Positions 16,688-25,480 of a stretch of DNA of 32,000 nt are shown piece by piece. The position numbers and the translations under genes are program-made. The notes under the pieces are model-generated. The model was not told where the DNA came from. It saw nothing but the letters and a program-made list of their open reading frames with translations, and searched no databases. The stretch covers positions 1,890,001 to 1,922,000 of the forward strand of contig NC_009954.1 in assembly GCF_000018305.1 (NCBI RefSeq), read 5' to 3'. Each line of letters begins with the position of its first letter. The first letter of the stretch is position 1. Source of the stretch: Caldivirga maquilingensis IC-167 (GTDB lineage Archaea > Thermoproteota > Thermoprotei > Thermoproteales > Thermocladiaceae).

Positions 16688-18051
16688 TTCACAACACCTC
16701 CCATGTACACATACTTACCTAATTCGTACTTAATTTCTGTCCTCTTGAAGGCATACGCTAATATTACATGTACAATAAATGCAACAAGAATAGCATTAAT
16801 TGCTGCTATACCAACAGTTAAGAAGAAGCCAGCAAGAGCACCCGCAGCAAATGATAATATACCAGTGAGATTAAGTTCAGGGTACTCCTTACCTGGTATT
16901 AATTTAAATCTCTCAAAGGGATTCTTAACACCTTCTAGATAAGGTTTTACGATGAAAAACTCTGCAAATACAGAACCACCAGCAGCTGGTAGTAAGGAAC
17001 CCAGTACAGTTATAAAACTCTCAAAAGGTGCTAACGAAGCGCCAGCTGTATAACCCCAATATGCCGCTAATAATGTACCTATAATACCTACTATTATTGA
17101 GGAATAATCCCTTCTGATAGGTATTGCATTCGTAAAGCTTAAACTACCGCTGTATAGATTCACTGTATTTATTATCCACTGCCCCAGAACTATTATCAAA
17201 AGTATACCAAGGCCCATACCTAATTTAAGCATATCCTCAGTGATAATTACACTACCAGTAAGCAGTACTATGGCAACAGCACCAAGTATTAAAAATGGAT
17301 AAAACACAAACATATGTAACACCCATGCAACAACAGAATCCCTCGGTCTTTTCGCAAACCTAGTAATATCTGGTGCTATTAATGAACCAGCTATGTACAA
17401 GCCTACCGTAGCCGTAATTGCATCAGCCAGCGACATATGAGACTTAGGAACAGCAGTCCATACGGCACCCCAACCACCATGTAATGAAATAGCAAGAAAA
17501 AGCCCAACTGCAATCAACCATACATGCTGTGGAAGTATGAAATAACTAAGGAATGATAAAGCCCTGTAACCTATATAGGTAGAGAGTATCATTAAAGCAC
17601 CACCCCATAATGCAGCCGCCCATACGGAGAAGAAAGGATTATTGGGATATATCTCATTCATAACAACACCAAAGAACCAGCTCTCAACAGCAAACCAACC
17701 AATTCCAGTTGTTATCGTTATTAACGCAAACCCTAATAATTTACCACCAACTCTACCAAAGGGTAATCTCCAGCCAACATATGTTGACAAACCAGAATAC
17801 GCACCAATAACACCAGATAAAGCACCAATTATAGATAAAATTATATTACCAACCATCACGGCTATTATTGCATTAGTAAAGTTAAGACCACCACCAAGAA
17901 CACCACCAGCAAATAAAACCGCTATGGCACCAAACGATGCACTTAATGTCAAGAACACATTATACAAACCATACCTCTCAACAATAGGCACCTCCTCAAT
18001 CGAGTAGTCATCAAATATGAACCGCCTTTGCCTCCTAGGTTCTCCTGCCAT
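16684..18051 (-). CDS. NCS1 family permease (CodB-like cytosine/purine/hydantoin-type transporter)
   Basis: 'FAGGVLGGGLNFTNAIIAVMVGNIILSIIGALSGVIGAYSGLSTYVGWRLPFGRVGG...GIGWFAVE' is collinear with E. coli CodB 'WTGGTLGTGLSYHDFFLAVLIGNLLLGIYTSFLGYIGAKTGLTTHLLARFSFGVKGS...QVGWFGVG', as recalled from memory. The TATA-like 'ttaaaaat' lies about 22 nt upstream of the ATG. Confidence 0.8.
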   Translation of the reverse strand: MAGEPRRQRRFIFDDYSIEEVPIVERYGLYNVFLTLSASFGAIAVLFAGGVLGGGLNFTNAIIAVMVGNIILSIIGALSGVIGAYSGLSTYVGWRLPFGRVGGKLLGFALITITTGIGWFAVESWFFGVVMNEIYPNNPFFSVWAAALWGGALMILSTYIGYRALSFLSYFILPQHVWLIAVGLFLAISLHGGWGAVWTAVPKSHMSLADAITATVGLYIAGSLIAPDITRFAKRPRDSVVAWVLHMFVFYPFLILGAVAIVLLTGSVIITEDMLKLGMGLGILLIIVLGQWIINTVNLYSGSLSFTNAIPIRRDYSSIIVGIIGTLLAAYWGYTAGASLAPFESFITVLGSLLPAAGGSVFAEFFIVKPYLEGVKNPFERFKLIPGKEYPELNLTGILSFAAGALAGFFLTVGIAAINAILVAFIVHVILAYAFKRTEIKYELGKYVYMGGVVK

Positions 18052-18502
18052 AGCAATACTATATAGTTTATGTATTTTTAAGCATTTCTCTACTTCATGA
18101 ACAGTTAGTGGTAGGTTTGTTTTTCTATCCTTATATGTTAACTGGCTTTAGCATTGGGTGGGAGATTACTGGGTAATTTCACTGCTTGGCAAAGGCCTTA
18201 GTAATTGTCCTCCGGCTGATTCTTAATGCATATGAATGATACTTTAATTATTTTGATTAACTTATTCATGTTAAGTATTATTCTTTACTTCCTTGAAAAC
18301 TTAATGTACATGCAGTTGGCATCCATGGTTACGTGGGTTCAGGAATCAGCGGTATCATCAGTTATCAGGGCTGCAAACCATCATCACTTACTACTAGTAC
18401 TTATGCATGCTTATTAAATAATTCACCTGCCTCAACTTGATTAACCATTAATTAGAATGATAGTAGGCACGGTTGCTGTGAATTATCCCATTATTAAGGG
18501 AG

Positions 18503-19333
18503 TTATTTTAAGTAGTCGAGTATTGAGTTATTCCTACGTCTACTCCTCCACTCATCCTCCTCAGTAATGCAGTTAACGCCGTAGCTATCGCAGAGTTGTG
18601 TTAATTCGCCTACTACTCTTCTCCACCAATTATTTGTTGGCACTGGGTTAATGTTTAATTTAGTCCTCATTAATCTTACTGCTGTTTCCCTTGGCCTAAA
18701 CCTGTCTATTATTAATTGACTGTTAGTCTCCTTGGCTAATCTAATTATTGGCTCGTAATTGAGCCTTGAGTCATTTATGCCTGGTATTATTGGGCCTAGG
18801 AATATCCATGTTTTTACACCAGCTTTAGCAAGCTTCCTAATGGTCATTGCCCTAACCAACGGTGGTGGTGTGTTTGGTTCAATTAACTTATATGAATCAC
18901 TCATTGTTGTTATCGTTAAGCCAACATCAGCCATTTCACCGCATTGTTTAAGAACATCAATATCCCTAATCACTAGGGCTGACTTGGTTTGAACACTAAC
19001 ATGGAATCCTGAATCGCAAAGTAGGCTTAAGGCCCTTCTACTGAGCCTATACTTTGATTCAATGGGTTGATAGGGGTCTGTTATTGTTGATAAACCAACA
19101 ACACCTCTCCTAAGCCCCTTAACCTCACTGCTGAGTACTTCAATTAAATTAACCTTAACATACACGACCTCACCCCACTTAATGGCTGGTTCCCCCTTGG
19201 TGAAGTCCCTTGCATAACAGTATATGCAACCATGCTGGCAGCCTAAGTATGGGTTGAGGGCGTAGTCGTACTCGGGTAGGCCGGATTTACTTAGGGCTTT
19301 CTTAACCTTAATCTCCTTAACTATGATACTCAT
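18503..19333 (-). CDS. Radical SAM protein of the SplB/'DNA repair photolyase'-like group (COG1533 type)
   Basis: 'NPYLGCQHGCIYCYA' contains the CxxxCxxC 4Fe-4S/SAM motif at the position typical of this group. It overlaps the upstream Nre gene by 4 nt (ATGA). Confidence 0.85.
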   Translation of the reverse strand: MSIIVKEIKVKKALSKSGLPEYDYALNPYLGCQHGCIYCYARDFTKGEPAIKWGEVVYVKVNLIEVLSSEVKGLRRGVVGLSTITDPYQPIESKYRLSRRALSLLCDSGFHVSVQTKSALVIRDIDVLKQCGEMADVGLTITTMSDSYKLIEPNTPPPLVRAMTIRKLAKAGVKTWIFLGPIIPGINDSRLNYEPIIRLAKETNSQLIIDRFRPRETAVRLMRTKLNINPVPTNNWWRRVVGELTQLCDSYGVNCITEEDEWRSRRRNNSILDYLK

Positions 19334-20550
19334 AGTAATCTAGCCTCCCTTAACCTCCTCAATACGTAGGATCTTGAGGCCCATTGAGCCAGCGGTAGTT
19401 TAAGTTGACTTGAGGCGAATTTAAGCGCCTCATCAAGGCTACTGAAGCTGACGTAGCTACCCTTAAACATGGCTCTAACATTCTCCCTAACGAACCAAAC
19501 ACCCACAGGTATATTGAAGCCTGGGTAAATCTCCCTCCAGAGAATTACGGCTGCCTGCCTATGCATACTATGAAGCGCCTCTGCTGCAGCTAACCTGGCT
19601 GCGTAGTAGCATCCACCGATGCTTGGGTAGGTGTCCCTACCCCAGTAGCCTTCACTATCGATTTCAATCACTGGTTCACTTCCCCAGGTGTTCCAAGTGC
19701 TCCCAGGCCACCATGCCTCACCCCACTCGTATAGCCAGGTGTGTGGGGCTAGTATGCCTATGAATAGGTTATTGTTACTCCTCCTGACGTAAACCCTGTA
19801 CTCGCTTAACTCAGGGTAATTCTTAACCTCATTGATTAACCTACTTGAAACCTCCTCATCAACCGCAGTTATAGACCACCTAGTGGGTACGAGTCTCCTA
19901 GCCCTACCCCTACCTATGGCGCCTACGCTCATTAACCTTGAGATAACGTGCACATCAATGCCTGAGTTATAAAGCATCCAAACGGCATCATTAGCCTTTA
20001 AATCCACGTCGGAGTAAGCCTTCTCCACAGCCCTGCTTGGTTGAGGTATTGTGGATAATTTAATGCTTCTCAATGGGGCTGAGGGGCCTATTGGTGGTTC
20101 CTGTTCATTTAAGGTTACATTACCTTTAATTGGCTTAGCCAGCGTTAACTCAGTGTCCACGGGTCCGCTTGAAATAGCCATTACCTGTATGTCGTGGAGT
20201 TGCCTAGGTGGGTTCCTTGGGTCATTAACCTTGAAGATTACTGACCCCCTGATTAACGTGAGTCTACTTGATAGGAAGTCCTCAAGCCTCATGCTTAACC
20301 ATGTCCTCGGTTCCTCAAGCCAACCTGTGTCCCCATGAGTGGGTGGTGTGGCTGGGTAGACTCTAACCTTAGGGTAACCTAATCTACCAACCATGATGCT
20401 TGGGGGTGAGGAGCCGTTAACATCCTGCCTACCCTCAAGGGGCTTAATCCTCCTAAGTGTCCAATTATTCACTAGTATTGGGCAGTACGCTAACCCGCAT
20501 AGGTTATACTCCCCACGGCATTTAATGCATAGTTCAGGGTTAATCCGCAC
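19330..20550 (-). CDS. Archaeal Nre family protein (DUF650/DUF651, putative DNA repair factor). GTG start.
   Basis: N-terminal Cys cluster 'LCIKCRGEYNLCGLAYCPIL' and C-terminal 'IGGCYYAARLAAAEAL...PVGVWFVRENVR' match the conserved Nre blocks as recalled from memory. Confidence 0.7.
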   Translation of the reverse strand: MRINPELCIKCRGEYNLCGLAYCPILVNNWTLRRIKPLEGRQDVNGSSPPSIMVGRLGYPKVRVYPATPPTHGDTGWLEEPRTWLSMRLEDFLSSRLTLIRGSVIFKVNDPRNPPRQLHDIQVMAISSGPVDTELTLAKPIKGNVTLNEQEPPIGPSAPLRSIKLSTIPQPSRAVEKAYSDVDLKANDAVWMLYNSGIDVHVISRLMSVGAIGRGRARRLVPTRWSITAVDEEVSSRLINEVKNYPELSEYRVYVRRSNNNLFIGILAPHTWLYEWGEAWWPGSTWNTWGSEPVIEIDSEGYWGRDTYPSIGGCYYAARLAAAEALHSMHRQAAVILWREIYPGFNIPVGVWFVRENVRAMFKGSYVSFSSLDEALKFASSQLKLPLAQWASRSYVLRRLREARLL

Positions 20551-20575
20551 TACGCATTAGATGGTGCTTAGGATG

Positions 20576-20584
20576 GTTAAATAC
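20576..20584 (-). promoter_or_regulatory. TATA-like box for the Nre/radical-SAM operon
   Basis: Minus-strand 'gtatttaac' lies about 26 nt upstream of the GTG at 20550, inside the 80-nt gap after the uL5 stop. Confidence 0.35.
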
Positions 20585-20630
20585 CTTTCACTCAATGAGT
20601 ATACTTACTTAACTTAATTAGGGTAATTAC

Positions 20631-21227
20631 CTAGCGTTTAAGTATCCTGACTCCTAATACGTCTTGGAAGAACCTAATGGTCTCCTCCCTACTTACCCTA
20701 TGATCCTTACCCACGTCTGCCCTTGCCCTACGCCTATACTGAACCCTGAACCCGGGTCTAGCTAGGGTTACTGCAACATCGAAGCCAAATATGCCTAATG
20801 CTGGGTCATACCTAGAGCCGGGTACAAGTATGTGCTCCCTAATACCGAAGCTTACGTTACCTGCATTGAAGCTCTCCTCCCTAAGCGTGAAGTCAACCGC
20901 CGCCAGGGCCCTTAGTAGGAACCAGACGGCTTCATTCCTCCTTAAGGTGACTAATAGGCCTATTGGCTCACCTCTCCTTATTCCGAAGTCCTTAATTGAC
21001 TTATGGGCAAGCCTATAGGATGGTGTCCTCCCAGTTAACTCAGACATAACCTTAGCGGCCTTCTCAAGCCTCTCACCACTCTGCCCAATCCCCATATTCA
21101 CAGCCACACTCCATATGAATATCCTTCTCATTGGGTGACCTGTATCAAGTGTGAACTTCCTCCAATCCAGGTCACTGGGTTTTATTGCCCTTAAATCAAT
21201 GGTTGATAGGTCAATGGCCGGCATCAC
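20631..21227 (-). CDS. rpl5: 50S ribosomal protein uL5 (L5)
   Basis: 'VNMGIGQSGERLEKAAKVMSELTGRTPSY..AHKSIKDFGIRRGEPIGLLVTLRRNEA' and 'FNAGNVSFGIREHILVPGSRYDPALGIFGFDV'. Confidence 0.95.
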   Translation of the reverse strand: MMPAIDLSTIDLRAIKPSDLDWRKFTLDTGHPMRRIFIWSVAVNMGIGQSGERLEKAAKVMSELTGRTPSYRLAHKSIKDFGIRRGEPIGLLVTLRRNEAVWFLLRALAAVDFTLREESFNAGNVSFGIREHILVPGSRYDPALGIFGFDVAVTLARPGFRVQYRRRARADVGKDHRVSREETIRFFQDVLGVRILKR

Positions 21228-21937
21228 TCAGTCACCTTCACCACTGGTGATTCCTTACCGATAACGAGTAGGTAGTTTAATACCGTCCTGAACTCAGAGT
21301 CCTTAGCCTTAACCGTGGCTATGGCGTCCCTCTTCCTAAACGACCTAACCCAATTAATTAAAGTACCGTGCCTCCCCACGTTAACACCGTTGAAGGCTAT
21401 TACGTATTGGTTAGGCTGCATTGGGTAGTAATCCATTAACTTACCGTCCTCAAGATTAACCACAACGCTCCCAAGCGTCTCATACTTCCTACCCTCATCC
21501 TGGTCAACAATTATGTTCCTCCCATCATGTAGGTTTAACTGAATCTTACCTGCCTTAACCATGGTCTTATCCTCAATCCTACACACCTTTACGCCTGCCT
21601 CAGACTTATCAATCCTAATAGGCCTTAGGAAGTTAACTGGATCAGGTATAATCCTGTAGTACTCGTTTATTGGCGTTAACTCAATAACATCCATTAAGCC
21701 GACTGGGTACTTGTAATCCCTCCTGACCTTACCATCAACCTTAACATACCCCTTACCTATTATTAACCTAGCCTCCCTAAGGGTCTTAGCGTAGTGGAAT
21801 ACATCCCTAAGAAGCACCGCGAGGGGTATGCTTGAGTTAGCCGGGTGGGGTCCTGGGCTTGGTTTAATTGACCACGGCGCCCCCTTCCTCTCCACAGGCC
21901 ACCATTCAGGTGATGTTGATCTCCTTAAATGCGTCAT
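21224..21937 (-). CDS. rps4e: 30S ribosomal protein eS4 (S4e)
   Basis: '[31 protein letters not shown]' is the typical S4e N-terminus. The gene has 4-nt overlaps with both neighbours. Confidence 0.95.
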
Positions 21938-22365
21938 GATTGACCACCCTGCTGTGGTGTTATAACCTCCCTAACACCCGCCTTAGCCTCCCTAGCCTTC
22001 CTAGTCTTATCAATTGCAGCAACCCTAGCCTTATCGCTTTGATCAAGCTCCACGATAACTACCTTAGATGGGTGTATTGGGTAGTACACAGCCTCACCAC
22101 TGGGTTTCTTAAATGAAGCCGAGTCAACGTATATCCTCACTCTCTTATAATCAACCCTAGTCACCTTACCCCTAGTACCCTTAAAGTCCCCCCTCAGTAT
22201 TAGCACGGTATCCCCAACCCTAACAGGTATCCTCCTTATACCCAACTGCCTCTGAAGATCCTTAGATAATGGTGCAGTCAATAACCTACGCCTAGCATGC
22301 CAAGGCGCCTTAGTAAGCGCCTTATGCTGCTTCCTGGGTTGACTCGATGATGTTAACACAGGCAT
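21934..22365 (-). CDS. rpl24: 50S ribosomal protein uL24 (L24)
   Basis: '[47 protein letters not shown]' (KOW motif). Confidence 0.95.
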
Positions 22366-22409
22366 GTTATTATCCTTAAACCCACGCTTAATTGCCCTTA
22401 TAAAATTAA

Positions 22410-22793
22410 CTATAAGTCACTAATGCAATGCGCCTTAACCTCATTAACAAGCGTTGACGCGTACTGGAGAACCCTCCTTAAAAATTCATTACTTATTACG
22501 CATTCCACACTTAACCCCTTCAATGACTTTAATAAGCATTGAATAACCCTAACATACTCGTCACTCAAGGAGTCACTATAATTCGATTCAAACTCAATTA
22601 CGTTTAATTTAATTAACCTCAGTGATTGAGCTAAGGCATATATACCCAGCACCTTAATCAACTCCTCATTACTAATACCCAACTCCGCAGCATCAATTAT
22701 AGTGTCCTGAACCTCGGAGTGAATCCTTTCAAGGAAATCCCCGGAGCCGCAGCTACTCATTAATCCCTTCACTAATTCATCCACATTAAGCAC
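22410..22793 (-). CDS. Hypothetical protein (predicted all-helical, 127 aa, GTG start)
   Basis: Clean ORF with the same coding-strand composition as its neighbours. I recognise no motif. Confidence 0.5.
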
Positions 22794-22913
22794 CAGTTAA
22801 TTAGATTCATGGGTTTATAAGTAAAACCTCATTGATTCACCGGAAGCATATGCCTCAACTGATGAGGAGTCTACTGAGAAGCCTTTTAAAAGGGGTGGTT
22901 TAATTTAGTTTGC

Positions 22914-23243
22914 GTGAAGATAAAATACTATGAATGGGTTAGGCATGGTATAACTGAACCATTACTGAAGGTTCAAATATTTAAGAAGGTTGAGGACGGT
23001 AAGATTGTGGCAATGTACGATATAATGTATTACTCGAATAAGTTGATCACAGTGTACGAGAATTCAACACTAGATGGCCCAGTCATAGTTGAGGAGAATG
23101 ATGAAGTTAACCTAGCCAATGTACTTAAGTTAGTTAAGAAGTACTACGATGAAGCCACTGATGATTTAATAATAAGGGGGGAAAGGTACCTTGGGGAGAA
23201 GCTTATTGAATTAATAGCATTGGAGGAGAGCGAGCGAGTTTAG
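22914..23243 (+). CDS. Hypothetical acidic protein (109 aa, GTG start)
   Basis: The palindromic TATA-like 'ttttaaaa' (22884-22891) ends 22 nt before the GTG at 22914, which supports a leaderless transcript. I recognise no motif. Confidence 0.5.
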   Translation: MKIKYYEWVRHGITEPLLKVQIFKKVEDGKIVAMYDIMYYSNKLITVYENSTLDGPVIVEENDEVNLANVLKLVKKYYDEATDDLIIRGERYLGEKLIELIALEESERV

Positions 23244-23615
23244 CGTTAAATGGGAATTAACCCAATAATTTTAATTCACCATTAACTCTGCTGTAAGCCT
23301 CATTCATAAACTCCAGCCATAACTAATGTAATCCCTAAAGAACCCTACCAACAATAAGCCTCATAGCCTTAACATAATCACCCACAATGCACCTCCTTAA
23401 AGACCTCTAAGACTTAGTACAGTGGATTGTACATGAAGTCGACATAAGCCTTATCATATTGCATGGCTTAAAGCCCGCATAGTAAATCCCTTAACCATAC
23501 ACCCACTGGACTTAATCATGCTGATTAAGCCAATAGTAATTCATGTACTGTAGTATGTTTAATTTCAGGGAATAGGGCAGTAATGGAGAGGAGTGTAGGG
23601 GGAGCCATACCTTAG

Positions 23616-23691
23616 CGGGCCCGCCGGGATTTGAACCCGGGTCCTACGGCTCCGGAGGCCGCCGCTCTAATCCATGCTGAGCTACGGGCCC
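23616..23691 (-). tRNA. tRNA-Arg (anticodon CCG), no intron, CCA not encoded
   Basis: The reverse complement folds as a cloverleaf: acceptor GGGCCCG/CGGGCCC, D arm GCTC..GAGC, anticodon stem GCGGC/GCCGT with loop CTCCGGA, T arm CCGGG-TTCAAAT-CCCGG, discriminator G. Confidence 0.9.
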
Positions 23692-23714
23692 TTAGGTGAG
23701 TTGATGCCATTTAA

Positions 23715-23723
23715 CTATTTTAG
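23715..23723 (-). promoter_or_regulatory. TATA-like box for tRNA-Arg
   Basis: Minus-strand 'ctaaaatag' lies 24-32 nt upstream of the tRNA 5' end (23691). Confidence 0.35.
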
Positions 23724-23739
23724 TGTTTCTCAATAAGGC

Positions 23740-24747
23740 TTAGCGCATTATTGCCTTGAACCCTGCTACATATGATGTAAGGTTAACGTAACCCATGTAA
23801 ATCATGAAAATCATAACGGCGTATATGGCTATAGTGACTAGTATGGGTGGTGATGCGTAGAGTGTGTTTACGCTACCTATTGTTAACCATAGGCTGTTTA
23901 ACGCTGGGACGAGGAATGTTAACATGAACAACACCATGATTACTAATGCTATGATTAATATCTTACTGTCTCTCAACGCATACTTAAACTCCCTACGCAT
24001 GATACTCTGCTTAATCATATAGGAGTACACTGATAATGCTATTGAGGCTACTGCTATTACTATTACTGGGATAACGTTAAGCACGTATATTAATGGTACG
24101 TTTCCAATGGTCTTGGTTGAAATAGTGAATACTAGTGATGCCGATATGAAGGCTATTAAGGCTACAATACCGGTGAAGAAGCCGTACAAGTAGTAGTTAG
24201 CAATCTTATCCAATGATGGCTTCTCCTCAGCCTTAACTTGAGTTGGTTGAATGGGCTGGCTAATTGGTTGGCTCCAAGGCTGCGGTGATTGCTGAGCATA
24301 ATACTGCAGTTGATTCAATGGTATTGGTTGAACATCGGTTTGGTTAATAATAACTACGTCGCCGATGGAGCTGACCTTATCCACCGGTACAGCGACATAA
24401 CCTGTTGGACCAATGATCCTTAGGTAAACAGTGCCTTCGTAATTATACTCATCATACACCATGCCTAATGACCTACCACTCACTGTGTATGCGTACTTCC
24501 TTGCCGCTGTACCAGGCGCCATGGGTACTGCCTCCTTTGGGTAGACTGAGTTATCAACTATGACTATGTCGCCGATTGCCTTAACTAAGTCTATTGGTAT
24601 TGGGACTTGAATAACATTAGACCTAACGAGGATGTAGGGTTTTCCATCCTGTCCTGTGTAAATGCTGTATGCATGCCCAATAAACCAACCATTCTCCGTG
24701 AACACTTGCCTACCTAATATTAGTGAAGGTTCTTGATTCTTCTGCAC
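23740..24747 (-). CDS. Membrane protein with two N-terminal PRC-barrel-like repeats, a Q/P-rich linker and a C-terminal polytopic domain (GTG start)
   Basis: Internal duplication: 'GRQVFTENGWFIGHAYSIY...ILVRSNVIQVPIPIDLVKAIGDIVIVDNS' versus 'GRSLGMVYDEYNYEGTVYLRIIGPTGYVAVPVDKVSSIGDVVIINQT'. The linker reads 'QQSPQPWSQPISQPIQPTQ'. At least 4 hydrophobic helices follow. Confidence 0.7.
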   Translation of the reverse strand: MQKNQEPSLILGRQVFTENGWFIGHAYSIYTGQDGKPYILVRSNVIQVPIPIDLVKAIGDIVIVDNSVYPKEAVPMAPGTAARKYAYTVSGRSLGMVYDEYNYEGTVYLRIIGPTGYVAVPVDKVSSIGDVVIINQTDVQPIPLNQLQYYAQQSPQPWSQPISQPIQPTQVKAEEKPSLDKIANYYLYGFFTGIVALIAFISASLVFTISTKTIGNVPLIYVLNVIPVIVIAVASIALSVYSYMIKQSIMRREFKYALRDSKILIIALVIMVLFMLTFLVPALNSLWLTIGSVNTLYASPPILVTIAIYAVMIFMIYMGYVNLTSYVAGFKAIMR

Positions 24748-24802
24748 AATTGCCTTTATTCAAAGTGTAGTTAAATATTTTCCGCATAGTTAATTAAGAC
24801 GC

Positions 24803-25390
24803 CTACTGTTTAATGTTCTCTGAGGCGTAAACGTATATGCCGTCTAATATGCCTGGCGCTGATTCTCTACCGTGGGGACTGGGTCTATTCTTACCCCTGA
24901 GTGTTGTGGCTAACTCAATGTTTGCCGCGAATTGACTAACCAGTTCCTTATCAATACCCTCCACCACTATATCATCCTTAGCCACCTGAACCTTAACACC
25001 CTGTGGTATTTGGAGAATTATCTTAGACCTCCTACCCAGGAAATTCTCTATCACCACACTATTGCCTTGAACCTTAACGCTTATTGGGAAGTGGGCGTAA
25101 ACCACCTTAAGCTTATACCTCCAACCCTTAGTTACCCCAATTATCATGTTCCTAATGTGCCCAGCAACAGTGAACACCGTGGACTTAGCCTTCCTATCCA
25201 ATGCAAAACCCTCCACCACGACTTTACCATCCCTTAAACTCACCAGTACTGGTAATCCCTTAAACTCCTTTGCCACTGAACCCAAGGGCCCCTTAACGGT
25301 TACCCTGTAGTTCAATTCCCCTCCCTCAACATTAACCTCCACCCCATCAGGCACCTCAATGGTATCTGATAAGTAAGGCACCTTAGCCAT
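24803..25390 (-). CDS. rpl6: 50S ribosomal protein uL6 (L6)
   Basis: Two-repeat uL6 pattern: 'VEVNVEGGELNYRVTVKGPLGSVAKEF', 'GWRYKLKVVYAHFPISVKVQGNSVVIENFLG' and 'VEGIDKELVSQFAANIE'. Confidence 0.95.
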   Translation of the reverse strand: MAKVPYLSDTIEVPDGVEVNVEGGELNYRVTVKGPLGSVAKEFKGLPVLVSLRDGKVVVEGFALDRKAKSTVFTVAGHIRNMIIGVTKGWRYKLKVVYAHFPISVKVQGNSVVIENFLGRRSKIILQIPQGVKVQVAKDDIVVEGIDKELVSQFAANIELATTLRGKNRPSPHGRESAPGILDGIYVYASENIKQ

Positions 25391-25480
25391 TACGGTAGGT
25401 CACCACTAGGCCTTAATAAGCTTAATGCTATTCACTGGTTAACCTTATTCCCCAGAGCCGTAATTCAAGCACTGAAGCCC

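Noticed and set aside
16703-18007. ORFs 16703..16942 and 17642..18007 on the plus strand
   Set aside because: They are antisense shadows of the NCS1 permease gene, with low-complexity P/T/N-rich translations.
18226-18417. 63-aa ORF in the 450-nt permease/radical-SAM spacer
   Set aside because: It has no TATA-like element at about -26, no recognisable motif, and heterogeneous composition. I kept it as unannotated spacer. A small membrane peptide cannot be fully excluded.
19330-19420. A possible C-terminal PCNA-interacting (PIP) motif in the Nre protein ('SQLKLPLAQW')
   Set aside because: It does not fit Qxx[LIM]xx[FYW][FYW] and is not at the extreme C-terminus. It cannot be supported without an alignment.
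22859-22877. 'cTGATGAggagtctaCTGAg' as a C/D-box sRNA
   Set aside because: There are only 8 nt between the boxes, too short for a guide, and no second box pair. It lies in a promoter spacer.
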